A stretch of 63,401 nucleotides of DNA, counting the filler, from Octopus bimaculoides (Eukaryota): NCBI RefSeq assembly GCF_001194135.2. It is 6 parts of 6 records of this genome, joined end to end, with 100 filler letters (N's around TTAATTAATTAA, not from the genome) between each part and the next. Parts side by side here need not be neighbours in the genome. Positions count along the whole stretch, not along the records: positions 24,222 to 44,604 come from NC_068988.1; 5 more parts are not named here. One strand, given 5' to 3'. The position numbers were made by a program, and so were the translations under genes. Below, in pieces: positions 30,901-41,441 of this stretch (the stretch's first letter is position 1; the number at the start of each line of letters is the position of its first letter). Below the pieces are notes generated by a model. It saw only the letters and a list, made by a program, of their open reading frames with translations, did no database searches and was not told the origin of the DNA.

Positions 30901-33900
30901 CCCCTTCCCGGAATTCTTCACTATACCCGTTGCCAACCCTCATTTTATTGACAGCATTCCTGTACATGGCTTGTACAGCTTTCACTAATCATTCATCTAT
31001 CCCTAGTTCCGCATTGACCACCAGATAAGGGATCAGGAGGACCCTGTCAAAGGCTTTCTCCATGTCAACGAAAGCCAGGAACAGAAGTTTATCTTTAGCT
31101 AGGTATTTCTCCTGCAGCTGTCTTACCAGAAATATAGCAGCAGTGGTGCTTTTCCTTGGCACAAACCCAAACTGCATCTCATCTAAACTCTCTCCCTAAT
31201 TAGTTGGGCTATTACCCTCTCTGTGACTTTCATTACCTGATCCAACAACTGGATACCTCTGTAATTATTTGTATTTAATGCATCACCTTTACCTTTGTAG
31301 CAGTTGACTATGGTGCTGCCACATCAGTCATTGGGTATGACTCCATGTATCACCTGATTGACTATACAAGTGACTAGGCTATAGCTGACACTGCTAGGTA
31401 TTTTAAGCATCTCTGCGGGGATTTCTGATGAGCCGAGGGCTTTCTCTGTCTTCATACCCTGAACTGCTTTACCTGTCAATTCAGATAGCTGGTTCCTCTG
31501 TTGAGTCGACATTCGGCAGATTCTCTTCATTTAGCAACCTTTCCTAGTGGCGTCTCCAAGTCTCTCGCTTTGCAACCTCATTAAATGCAAGTGAACTATC
31601 ATCCATGCGGACACATTTCTCTCCTACGACATCACAATTTTCTCTTGCACACTTTCTTGCAACATGGAATGCTTCAAGTCTTTGGTCCTCACAGTGCAGA
31701 ACATTGGCAAATTCTTGTTTATCTACTTCCCTTCTGGCAATCTGATACAATTCCCTGCTACCACTGTTCTTCCAGTCCTTCCATGCCTGTTTCTTTTCCC
31801 TAATGGCCCTGACAACTACATTGTTCTATCACCATGTTACCTTAGGTCAAGAGGGGACTTTGCACTGTCCACAAATCTGGTCAGTAGCCCTCAACAGATT
31901 ATCCCATAGGAACCTCCAGTTGTCTTCCACATCATGTGATGCTATATTCTCCTCTATTTTATCAAAAGCTTTGAGTAATACGTTTCTAAATCTGTCCTTT
32001 CTCAGGATCCCTAAGCTTCCAGACCCTTCTTTTCCATACTGGTTGTCTTCTGATCCTGAAGTCACTAACAACTAATCTATGTTATGGGGTGTATTCTTCA
32101 CTTTGGAAGGTTTTGGCATTTATAAGTAGCCATGTTTCCCATTTCTTGGTGAGAATGGTAGTCAATTTAACTAGTGTGTCCACCAGATCGGTAGGTGAAT
32201 AGGGGACTGGCAGGTTTCCTGAAGTTAGTATTACAAACCATAAGTTCATTTGCACTGCAGAACTCCAGCAGCCTGGTTTCCTCCTCATCGCTGGAAAAAT
32301 TTACTAATGGCATGCTATTTTCATTGTTACATGGTTGAGTTCAATGGTTTCTAGTCAAACACTTCTCTCCTTTTTATTTTTACTGACAGGTAAAAGAATT
32401 ATTACACGGGCACTATGATTATGAAATAAATTCTTACTCCATAATAGATTGTCGCTATCCGTATGAATTTGAAGGTGGACATATTAAGGTAAGTTTTACC
32501 TTTCAAGATCTCTTTTCAGTTCTATGACTTAAGGTATTTGGGTGGCATGTCTGATCCCATGTGATCTTCTATATCTGCTCTCAAGTCATTATTTATCTTA
32601 TCTTTTTTACTTGTTTGGTGCCATTAGACTGTGGCCATGCTGGGGCATTGCCTTAACCCTTTCGCTACAATATTTCTGACCAAAATACACCCCTTGTGAG
32701 TTTCAATTAAATTCTAAAATAATCATGAATTTAGACTAGTTTCATTAAACAACTGTAACTTATTTACTTATCTACATAGTATGTTTCATTGTGAAATATT
32801 TAAACCGGCCATATCCAGCCAAAAGTATTCTGCCTATTCTATGTTCAAACTGACCAGATCTAGTCTTTCACACCAACCCGACAATAACATTTTAAAGATT
32901 AACAGCTACCTCATCAAAACCTCAGAGCTACAAGATAATGCATGATTAGTTCAAAACAATGTGGATAAAAAAGCATTAATTATGGCAGAATAATGTGAAC
33001 ACTAAAGGGTTAAATATTAGCAAGATTTGAGTATGCTTCATGCGAAATATTTAAATATTGAAATCTTTGTTTCAGAAAGCAGAAAATCTTTATGATGAAA
33101 ACAGCATTTATAAGAAATTTTTAGAAAATCCCCCAAAAATTAGTGATTCAGCAAAAAGAGATATTGTTGTATTCCATTGCGAATTTTCTTCTGAAAGAGC
33201 ACCAAAGTTGTAAGTAGTTGTGCTTTTATTTTAAACTTTGTAGGACTGGTTTCTTTCTTTCTTTGAATTTTGTAGAATGTTGAGATGACTGAAGTAGGGT
33301 GTTAGCAATGAATGTGTTAATCCTCTAGCTTTTGAAACCAGCCATATCTGGCTCAATTATTCTACCAATTACATGTTCAGTGAAGGCACATGGCTCAGTG
33401 GTTAGTGTTGGGCTTACAATCGTGAGGTTGCGAGTTCAATTCCCGGACCGGCCTGTGCATTATGTTCTTAAGCAAGACTCTTTATTTCATGTTACTCCAG
33501 TTCACTCAGCTGTAGAAATGAGTTGTGATGTCACTGGTGCCAAGCTGTATCAGCCCCTTTGCCTTTCCCTTAGATAACATCGGTGGTGTGGAGAAGGGAG
33601 ACTACTATGTATGTATAGGAGACTGCTGGTCTTCTACAAAACAACCTTGCTCAGACTTTTGCCTCAGATGTGAACTTTGTAGGTTCAATCCCATACCTTA
33701 CCTTGTATGTTCAAACCAGCCTTTCATGCCTACTATTCTATGTTACTGTAAAAATAGTCACATCATTGAAAGCTTAAAGCTGAGATAATGTATGATTAAT
33801 TCAAAACTGTAAACAAATAATCCATACATTTAACAGAGTAATTTGAATGCTAAAGGGTTAATGTAATTTTGCTGTTTTGGGTTTGGGCCTATATTCTGCC

Positions 33901-35227
33901 TGAGTCTTTCACTCTTCTGATATTTGGTGCCATGAGTATTTAATTTGTCTTGAGTTTCATGAATGCTATGAGAATGGTTGAGGATTAACTCTTTAGTATT
34001 CCGGTTACTCTGTCAAATGTAATGCTAATTTATTTACATTGTAGCTTTGAGAATTCAGTGTTGAGATTATTTATTTTGAGGCTGTTGTAAGATAAGAGTA
34101 AGAGGCCAGATCCGAATGGTTTGAACATAAAACAGATAAGAATATTTAGGCTAGACCTGTCAGGTTTATGTTAAAGGATTAAATTGCAATACCATGTGTT
34201 GTGTTTGTAAATTAGCCTTTCTCCTAAAGTTTCTAATATTTCTCACTTCTAAAATTTCAGAGCAAAATTCCTAAGAAGCAGAGACCGAAATGCAAATGAA
34301 AGCTGTTATCCATTTCTGTATTACCCCGAAATTTATATTCTTGATGGTGGTTACAAAGCTTTCTTCGAGAAATGTGTGGTAATTGTTTCTAAGTTTCTTT
34401 TTATGGGCAATGGGTTGGCAGAAATGTAAGAGCATCACTTAGAAAAGTCCATTGAAGTATTTCTTCTGGTTCTCTATGTTCTGAGTTCAAATCTCATTGA
34501 GGTCGGCTCATTCTGTCAGAGTCAATAATGTACACTATCAATCAAGTATTTATTCTTTCAAAAAGTGCTGGCCATGTACCCTAAATCAGAAATTACTGTG
34601 ATGAAAGACCAAAAGCTTAGTAATTTAAGTGTTTCAAGAAGAAATGGAATCATACCAGATTTTGGAAGATACATTGCTAAATACCAGAGATAAAATGTTT
34701 AAAATTTAATTTTGTATTTCACTTCATAATAGATTCTTATATTTACTTTCTTGTAAATTACCTTTTTTTTTTTAAATTTCAAGTTTAAATTTTGTGACTG
34801 TGTGGTTAAGAAATTTGCTTCTTGACCACATGGATTTAGGTTCAGTCCTACTGCATGACACCTTGGTTGAGTGTCTTCTATAGCCCAAACTGACCAAAGC
34901 TTTGTGAAGGAATATGGAAGGTGGAAACAATGAGGAAGCCCATCACTTGCATGTCTGTGTTTGTCTCCCTTACTTTGTCCTCAATTCGTGTTGGTTTGTT
35001 TCTATCCTGTAACTTAGCAGCTTAGCAAGAAAGATTGATAGAATAAGTACTGGGGGTGATTAGTTTGGTCCTTCAAAGCAGTGCTCTAGAATGGCCAGTC
35101 CTATGGTGATGATGGTGCTCATACAAGATCTGCATTATTCCTCAGTCATATCATTATTGAACTGATAGTTTAACTATGGTCCTTACATAGCATTACCTTC
35201 CAACTTGGGTCTACTAGATACCAATAC

Positions 35228-35277
<50 letters not shown>

Positions 35278-35472
35278 AGTTTTTAATGCAGCTAATTCTA
35301 AATTGTAGTTAATAAGTTATTTCTTATGTTGCAGGAATTTTGTGAACCTCCAACCTACAAGCCAATGCTACACAGTGATCATTCCAGTGATTTGAAACAC
35401 TTCCGAGGAAAATCTAGGTCATGGGCTGGAGAAAGAACTCATCGAAGTGGTTTACGGCAGTTAAACTTTTAG
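24781..35472 (+). CDS. CDC25: M-phase inducer phosphatase Cdc25 (string-like), 11 coding exons, 5'-incomplete
   Basis: Exons 24781-24912, 26297-26428, 26605-26706, 26819-26935, 29543-29677, 30211-30315, 30425-30487, 32390-32488, 33076-33209, 34261-34378, 35335-35472 all have AG/GT borders and splice in frame (1275 nt, 424 aa + TAG). The translation contains [65 protein letters not shown] and KSRSWAGE, all diagnostic of the Cdc25 rhodanese-fold phosphatase. No start exon was found; the contig begins in an intron. Confidence 0.97.
24990..25820 (+). mobile_element. Tc1/mariner transposon, internally deleted, in a Cdc25 intron
   Basis: TA-CAGGGTGGTTGGAAAGTAA ... TTACTTTTCACCCACCCTG-TA (about 30-bp imperfect TIRs, TA duplication). 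Remnant translation has RSP...[29 protein letters not shown] joined to [15 protein letters not shown]; the catalytic middle is deleted. Confidence 0.9.
26297..26935 (+). CDS. CDC25: Cdc25 exons 26297-26428, 26605-26706, 26819-26935 (regulatory region)
   Basis: Three phase-0 exons: EDQFQFVPP...[25 protein letters not shown]...RDDGFSDH...[17 protein letters not shown]...DDTPT. The DDGF and SL-x-x-APL motifs are Cdc25-like. Confidence 0.85.
27430..27631. mobile_element. piggyBac-type MITE (related copies about 27700-27854, 33321-33857, 33989-34178)
   Basis: TTAA-(T)CCTTTAGCATT...AATGCTAAAGGG-TTAA. The 33321-33857 copy contains a nested SINE. Confidence 0.75.
28030..28720 (-). mobile_element. 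Possible highly decayed CR1/Jockey-type LINE 3' region
   Basis: Weak residual similarity only (DEETLNTLG..., [20 protein letters not shown]). Confidence 0.3.
29543..30487 (+). CDS. CDC25: Cdc25 exons 29543-29677, 30211-30315, 30425-30487
   Basis: TMRVAKS...[14 protein letters not shown] (basic NLS-like); [13 protein letters not shown]...LIGDASK; [21 protein letters not shown]. All phase 0 with canonical splice sites. Confidence 0.93.
30665..32330 (-). mobile_element. RTE-clade LINE fragment (APE C-terminus through RT), decayed, in a Cdc25 intron
   Basis: [33 protein letters not shown]; [45 protein letters not shown]; [13 protein letters not shown]. Same family as 24222-24622, with many stops and frameshifts. 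Confidence 0.93.
32390..35472 (+). CDS. CDC25: Cdc25 catalytic-domain exons 32390-32488, 33076-33209, 34261-34378, 35335-35472
   Basis: [27 protein letters not shown]|[20 protein letters not shown], ...RSGLRQLNF-stop; a single phase-2 intron follows the active-site exon. Confidence 0.97.
32657..33009. mobile_element. piggyBac-type MITE
   Basis: TTAA-CCCTTT...AAAGGG-TTAA termini; non-coding, 353 bp. Confidence 0.8.
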
Positions 35473-38139
35473 ATATTACAGATTCACTAAAATATTCATT
35501 TTTGTGTGTGTTTGAGTGTTTGCTGAAAGATATAAAACGACTTATTGGAAAAAGTATTACTGCGTCATTATTACATAAGTGCTGTGTGGAATGTTAGTAT
35601 TGCATTAGCGAAGAATCAAAAGAAATCATCTATTTGGAAATTCAATTATGTTCTTCATTGAATTGTAAAAATTTTTTGTTTCTTTCATTTTATCATGTTG
35701 TCTGTTAGAAATGAAAATTTTACTATCAATGTATGATCTTATATTTAGTTAAATACATGTTTGATAGACTCACCATCTATTTAACTATTAGAGCTTCATA
35801 TATTCTTTAACTTAATAAAAACCAAATCTATGTCAGGTGGCAAAAGAATATAACCTTCAGTAGAACCTCTCTCTCTCTTTCTGTGGGTTGGCTGGAATCT
35901 AATTATTTTGTGATGTGAATCAATGTTGAAGATGTATGGCTTTTTCTTACAATTCTGGAATCACATTATTTATTTTCAGAACAAATGTGGTTTTTCTCTG
36001 AATATTTCTTGGATATTTTTCTAGTGTGTCTTTACAAAGTTTTCATCAAACAAATGAAAAGAACCATAATTTTTTTAAATTCAAACTTTTCACACCATTA
36101 TCATTCATCTTTATATATATATTTTTAATGTAAATAATTTTTTAGCAAAAGCTATTTATCAATGAAATCAATTAGAGCTTTTCTAGTAAAATTTTCATGT
36201 TTCTTTAGTTCATGAAAGTTATATCTAAAAACAAATTGTTGCCACAACTTGGACAATTGAAGCCTTTCAAATGAGATGAGATTTTAGTTGCAATTTAATT
36301 TCTAATTTTCAAAGTTAAATTAGATTAATGAATTCTTGCTGAAATATCTGTAAGTTATTGAAAGATGAAATTTAATCACTCAAGAAAAGAAAACAATTTT
36401 TATAACCAATCCACTTGATTATCTTGGAATCTTTTAAGCTATCTATAAATTTAACCTGTGAGTAATTTAGTCTCATTTCCAGATTCGTTTTTCTTTAAAA
36501 GAATATAACAAGAGTCATTAAGTCTTGCTCAACTTTTAATTTCGGTAAATGTGCCCATATTATTATAAAATTAAACTTCCCAGAGTATTATTAGTTATAA
36601 AAAGATGCAAATATTTTCCTGTTTTAAATGCTTACTTTATTATAGTTCAAGAGTGAATAATTTTTAGGGATGTTAAATAAGAAATTTCAACTCCACAAAA
36701 TAAAAATTATTTTTGATAAAATTTAAACATTTTGATATTTGCCAGGATTTTCTGTAATATTGTGAAATTATCTTGATATTACTGTTTAGGATATTTAGAA
36801 GCTGTGTTACACATAAAGTAGCCATCATGTAAAGAAATTTTCGAATAAATTTTTAAAAAACCAGCTAACCTCACATCACCTTCAAGTAATTTGTAAATCC
36901 TTCAACATGTAATTTTGTTACAAAGTATTATGAATTTCTTTTCAGAATCATTTCCTTTTATTAATTTATGAAGTGTAAGGAAGTGGTGTACATAAATTGT
37001 GTATATATTAACATATTTGAACTAAATAAAAACATTATCTGCATAGCCACTGACAGATACCTTCATTCATGTTGAACTTTGAGTAAATAAGAGTTGAGTT
37101 TGTTTTTTTTTTCTTGGATATAATCAACATGAATTAGTGATGTTTTAACCAGTAAGCCACCTCTCTGGCCAGCTGTGACTATTGTGCTATAAAATTATTT
37201 ATCCAATGTCTAACATTTCTTAACTGCACTTTGGGTATCATGGAGGGTCAACTGTTATTGACTTTTCCTTTGAAATCTAAGTACTCTAACCCACAGCAAC
37301 TTGGTTAAACTGAAGCAAATGAGAATGCATCTGAGTATTCAGCCACCACTACTTAAAAAAAAACAACACACACACACACATTTCATATAAAATTGCATGG
37401 AATTTGAAATCACAGCGAGACAAGTTCAGTAACTTATCTATTTGATCATTTCATCTCTTTCATTGTGTTATAGTGGAAAACAAAATAATTGTTCTTAATT
37501 GATATTTGAGGTGTTTTCTTGTTATTCCAATTCAGCAAAATATGTTCAATTAATGAAAAACATTAAAATTTGTAATATTTACTTATAGCAATTATTGTTA
37601 TAAGTTAATGTGGCAAATAAACTACACTTGTTTTGTCTTTGTCTGCCTGTCTCTGTCCCTGGACATTTAAGAAAGAAAACTGGTTTTTCTTATCTCACAA
37701 ATTGTTGGAATTCCGTAATAAATATGTGCTCAAATTTGTTGGGTTTGATTTTGCTCATTTTATGTTAACCGTAATATGTAATTCTTGGTTTCTTGAATTT
37801 TCAAATTAGCTGCTGGATGCTAAGATGCTTTGTCATTTTAACATCCACTTTTTATACATAGGTCAGTTTTATTGAGACATTTTCTATAGCCAATGTCCTT
37901 CATTTTGGAACTTCCACATATCACCTACAGGCATGGAAAAGGGATCATTAAAATGGTGGTGATATTAGATTGTATAAAGAACGGGCTCACCTTTCCACAT
38001 TAGCAGTGGGGATTAACTAGATGTTCTGGTTTGTGCTATTTAAAATTTGGCTTTCTTTGACCTGTAGTTAAAGATTCCTAGGCAAATGTCTTCTATAGTC
38101 TCAGGCCAACAAAAGCTGAAAAGAGGCCTGCCAGATAGA

Positions 38140-38480
38140 TATGTGCAGGTGTGGTAAGAAGCTTGCTTCCCAACCACATAGTTCCAGGTTCAGTCCCACT
38201 GAGTGATACCTTGGGCAAGTGTCTTCTATAACCTAGGGCCAACCAAAGTCTTGTAAGTGGATTTTGTAGACGGAAACTGAAAGAAGCCTGTTGTGTGTAT
38301 TTGGGTTTATATACCCCATCACCATTGCTTCACAACTAATGTTGGTGTGTTTATGTCCAGTAACTTAGTGGTTTGGCAAAAGAGACTGATTGAATAAGTA
38401 CTAGGCCTACAAAGAATAAATCCTGGGGCTGAATTGCTTGACTAAAAGTGGTGCTCCAGCATGGCTGCAATCAAACATCT
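38140..38480 (+). mobile_element. tRNA-derived SINE (family C) with internal (TA/TG)n; other copies about 11990-12355, 27000-27395, 29010-29335, 29830-30045, 34795-35095, 40640-41035, 41535-41900, 43300-43450
   Basis: Shared GTGTGGTAAG...GGTTCAGTCCCACT...CTTGGGCAAGTGTCTTCT...GGAAACTGAAAGAAGCC...GCAAAAGAGAC...GTGCTCCAGCATGGC. Confidence 0.88.
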
Positions 38481-39762
38481 AGATGGTACAATGCAATAAA
38501 TAGTGGAAGTTGTAAAAAGGATTTATGAACATCCTGTGTGTCCCTGTTTTAATACAGCTCATATAATTGACACTCATTTACAATTATCAAGCTGTTATTT
38601 AGTTTGAATATTCTATGAGAACATGTCCAACCATGGGAAAATAAAGAATTTGTGGTATTTTCTTTCCTGGACTTAAATGTGTGAGTGATGTTCATTTTCT
38701 TCCACTGGGCATTACTGCTGGTAGTGAAATGCTTTTATTAAAAAACAGTGACCTTTTTTCTATGGCCTATACATAGCAAGATATTTCCAGTATGGGAGGA
38801 TAGGAATATCAAAAATGTTGCAAACTAGATAATGGGAAGACAACTCGTAAATTCATATTGATGGCCATTATTACCTCCCTTGAAATATCTTCCCGTTTCC
38901 TCCTCTTTCCTATCCGGGGCTTCAGAAATCAACATTCAATAATGGACTATATTGTTTCCATTTCCTTTAACTTATGTATGATGGAAATAATTTAGGGAAA
39001 GTTTTGGACACCAGATTCCTGTGTTCTGGATATTGGTTATAAAATGTCTTGTTTTTGACCAGAAATATATGAATAATTGATGTAAAAAATGGTTCCTTAG
39101 TTAATAACAAGATTCTGTTGATTATAGTGTCAGTTGCTGGTCCACCTCAACTGAGGAACTTTCATTCCAGCCATGGCCATCCCATTTTTTTCAGCGCTGT
39201 CTAGAATCACATTATTGAATGTGTCCATTGTTGCAAGACATATTTGAGTTGAGTGCTATTTCTAGCAAAGGCATTGTACCCCGAGACAAATAAAAGGTAT
39301 GCAAGAAGGTGGTGGGGCAGATTCCAAGAAGAAATACATAATTCCAAAGTTGTACTTTTTAGTAAAATAAAGCATTGTCCCTCTCCTCTCTATCTAAGCT
39401 TTCTCAAGGTAACATTACAAGAATACATTTTGTAAAATACAATGAGTTTGTCTTTATTTAATTTTCCAAAAAACTTTAAGGATACAATTTATTGATGGAA
39501 CATAATCACGGTTACAATGAAATGAATGGAAGTTGTGAAAGTAGAAGTCTAAGAATAACAGGAAGAAATATGTGAGGATGGAAAGTTATATAGTCTAATG
39601 TTACAAGTAGCAACGAACGCTAAGAGTAAATATTAAACTAAGACAGTTTTTCTTCAAAACACAATAGTAATTTAACAGTAATATTTCCTGAGTTCTTTTG
39701 GCATGAGTAGACTGGAAAGAAAGAGTATTAGTGCTTCTGAATGCAGAAAATAGTGTGAATAT

Positions 39763-41441
39763 TTAGTATATAAAATCATCATGTGTTGTTTTCTCTTCTT
39801 TTGACGGTTTGGGGCGACAAGGTCTCACATCTGATATCTTGAGCAACAAAATATTGAGTAGGAAACATCCAAGGGCTCCCAGGTTTATATAGAATGACCA
39901 GCTTGGGTGAGAGAGTCCAACAGATCTCCACCCAGAATCAATTTCAGCCTGTTGAAAGATATTTTCGTCGTAGATACTTGTTTTGAAGAGGATGAGAAAG
40001 ATCACGATTGAAAGCAGAGTGAAGGATGCTGTCAAAAAAGAAAGAGAAAAAGAAATATTTAATAAAGAAGCTAAGCACAGTTTCAGTCGGCAGCAAATAA
40101 AAAATGTTGACTAACTTCAGAAAAAATTATAATGTATAATGATGAGACACGTGTTATTTTGTCTTTAAATTATATGTTAATGTTTGGTGTACCCACTGAT
40201 GAGAACTTCACCTAGCAAAATATTTTATTTGCTAATTAAAGTTCGAAACCTAGGTCTGGCTGTAAAACATGGTAAATGTTTTTACTTTTCATTCCTTTCG
40301 AAATTACTCTTAACTGTTCCTTCTAGCATGTAAGGCAGCCTGTTAAGGGTCACCTCTTTTTGTGTTTAAATGTACACTAATCTTATATGGAAAATATGTT
40401 GTCAATTGACTTTTTATACATGCTAGGCCACTGGTACAAAAATTTCTAAAATTTTGCTACCCTGTATTATTTTAAGATAAACAGAGATAGATAGATAGAT
40501 AGATACACAGACACACACTCTCTCTCTCACTTCTTCATCAATTATGTGGTAAACCAGTGATTTAGCCTTTGGAAACCTGTAACCAATGATTCTATTGGTC
40601 GCCAAATGCCAGTGATGCCTACTCTTTGACACATATTTACTACAAGGTGTAGGCATGGTTGTGAGGTTAAGAAACTTGCTTTGCAACCACGTGGTTTCAG
40701 GTTCAGTCCCACTTCTTGTACCTTGGGCAAGTGTCTTCTATTGTAGTACCAGGTAGACCAATGCCTTGAACATTAGTTTGGTAGACAGAAACTGTGTGGA
40801 AGCCCTATTGTATATGTATGTAGACAAACAGACAGATGTGTTTGTGTGTGTGTGAATGTGTATGTGCATGTGTGTGTATTTGTCCTACAAGTACTTAACA
40901 ACTAGTCCTGTTTGTTTATGTCGCTGTAATGTAGCAATCTGGAAAAAGGAACAGACAGAAAAAATACAAAACTTTAAAAAAAAAGAAACAGTAAGTACTG
41001 AGATTGGTTTGTTCTACAAAACCCTTCAAAGCATGGCCGCAGTCCAACGACAGAAACAAATCAAAGATAAGAGAGATTAGGTTATGAATTGTTTGTCATA
41101 AAGTCATGGGCATACTTCAGCACAATGAGTGATTAGCAGCAAAGTAGATGCAATTCATATTTGCTTTCAGTTTATTGAGTTATAAATGTGTGTGGGTGAA
41201 CGAACATTTTACATATTGAAACTTTGGACCACAAGCAATAAAGTGATAAACTTACCAGCACACCCATTCCATACGTAGAGACCAAAAGGTCCAGTGATAG
41301 TCTCTATTGGTTTACCAAATAAATTGAACAATGTAAATCCCGCAGCCACGACAGCCCAAACAATTGCCAATAAATGCAGAATCACGACAGTAATCCACAT
41401 ACCATAATCCATTAAATTCATGTCTTTGATATTCTGGCTCA
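39763..41441 (-). CDS. CLRN: Clarin-family tetraspan membrane protein, last two exons (5'-incomplete)
   Basis: Exon 41441-41256 (186 nt, phase 1-1; tttcag| and |gtaagt) encodes ...GFTLFNLFGKPIETITGPFGLYVWNGCA, matching the clarin motif YNAFGKPFETLHGPLGLY. Exon 40028-39763 (ttgacag|) ends ...KTTHDDFIY-stop, like the clarin C-terminal D-x-x-Y. Exon 1 (TM1, GLFxG loop) was not located. Confidence 0.9.
40181..40269 (+). ncRNA. Type I hammerhead ribozyme with intact catalytic core
   Basis: CUGAUGA 40196-40202; helix II GAACUU/AAGUUC (40203-08/40239-44) plus inner helix UAGCAAA/UUUGCUA; GAAA 40245-48; palindromic helix III ACC-UA-GGU; GUC triplet 40254-56; helix I CCA/UGG extended by further pairs and UGUUU/AAACA. 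Confidence 0.85.

Noticed and set aside
35100-35170. C/D-box snoRNA-like GTGATGA...CTGA in the last Cdc25 intron
   Set aside because: Only a 3-4 bp terminal stem, no clear C'/D' boxes and no rRNA guide I could recognise.
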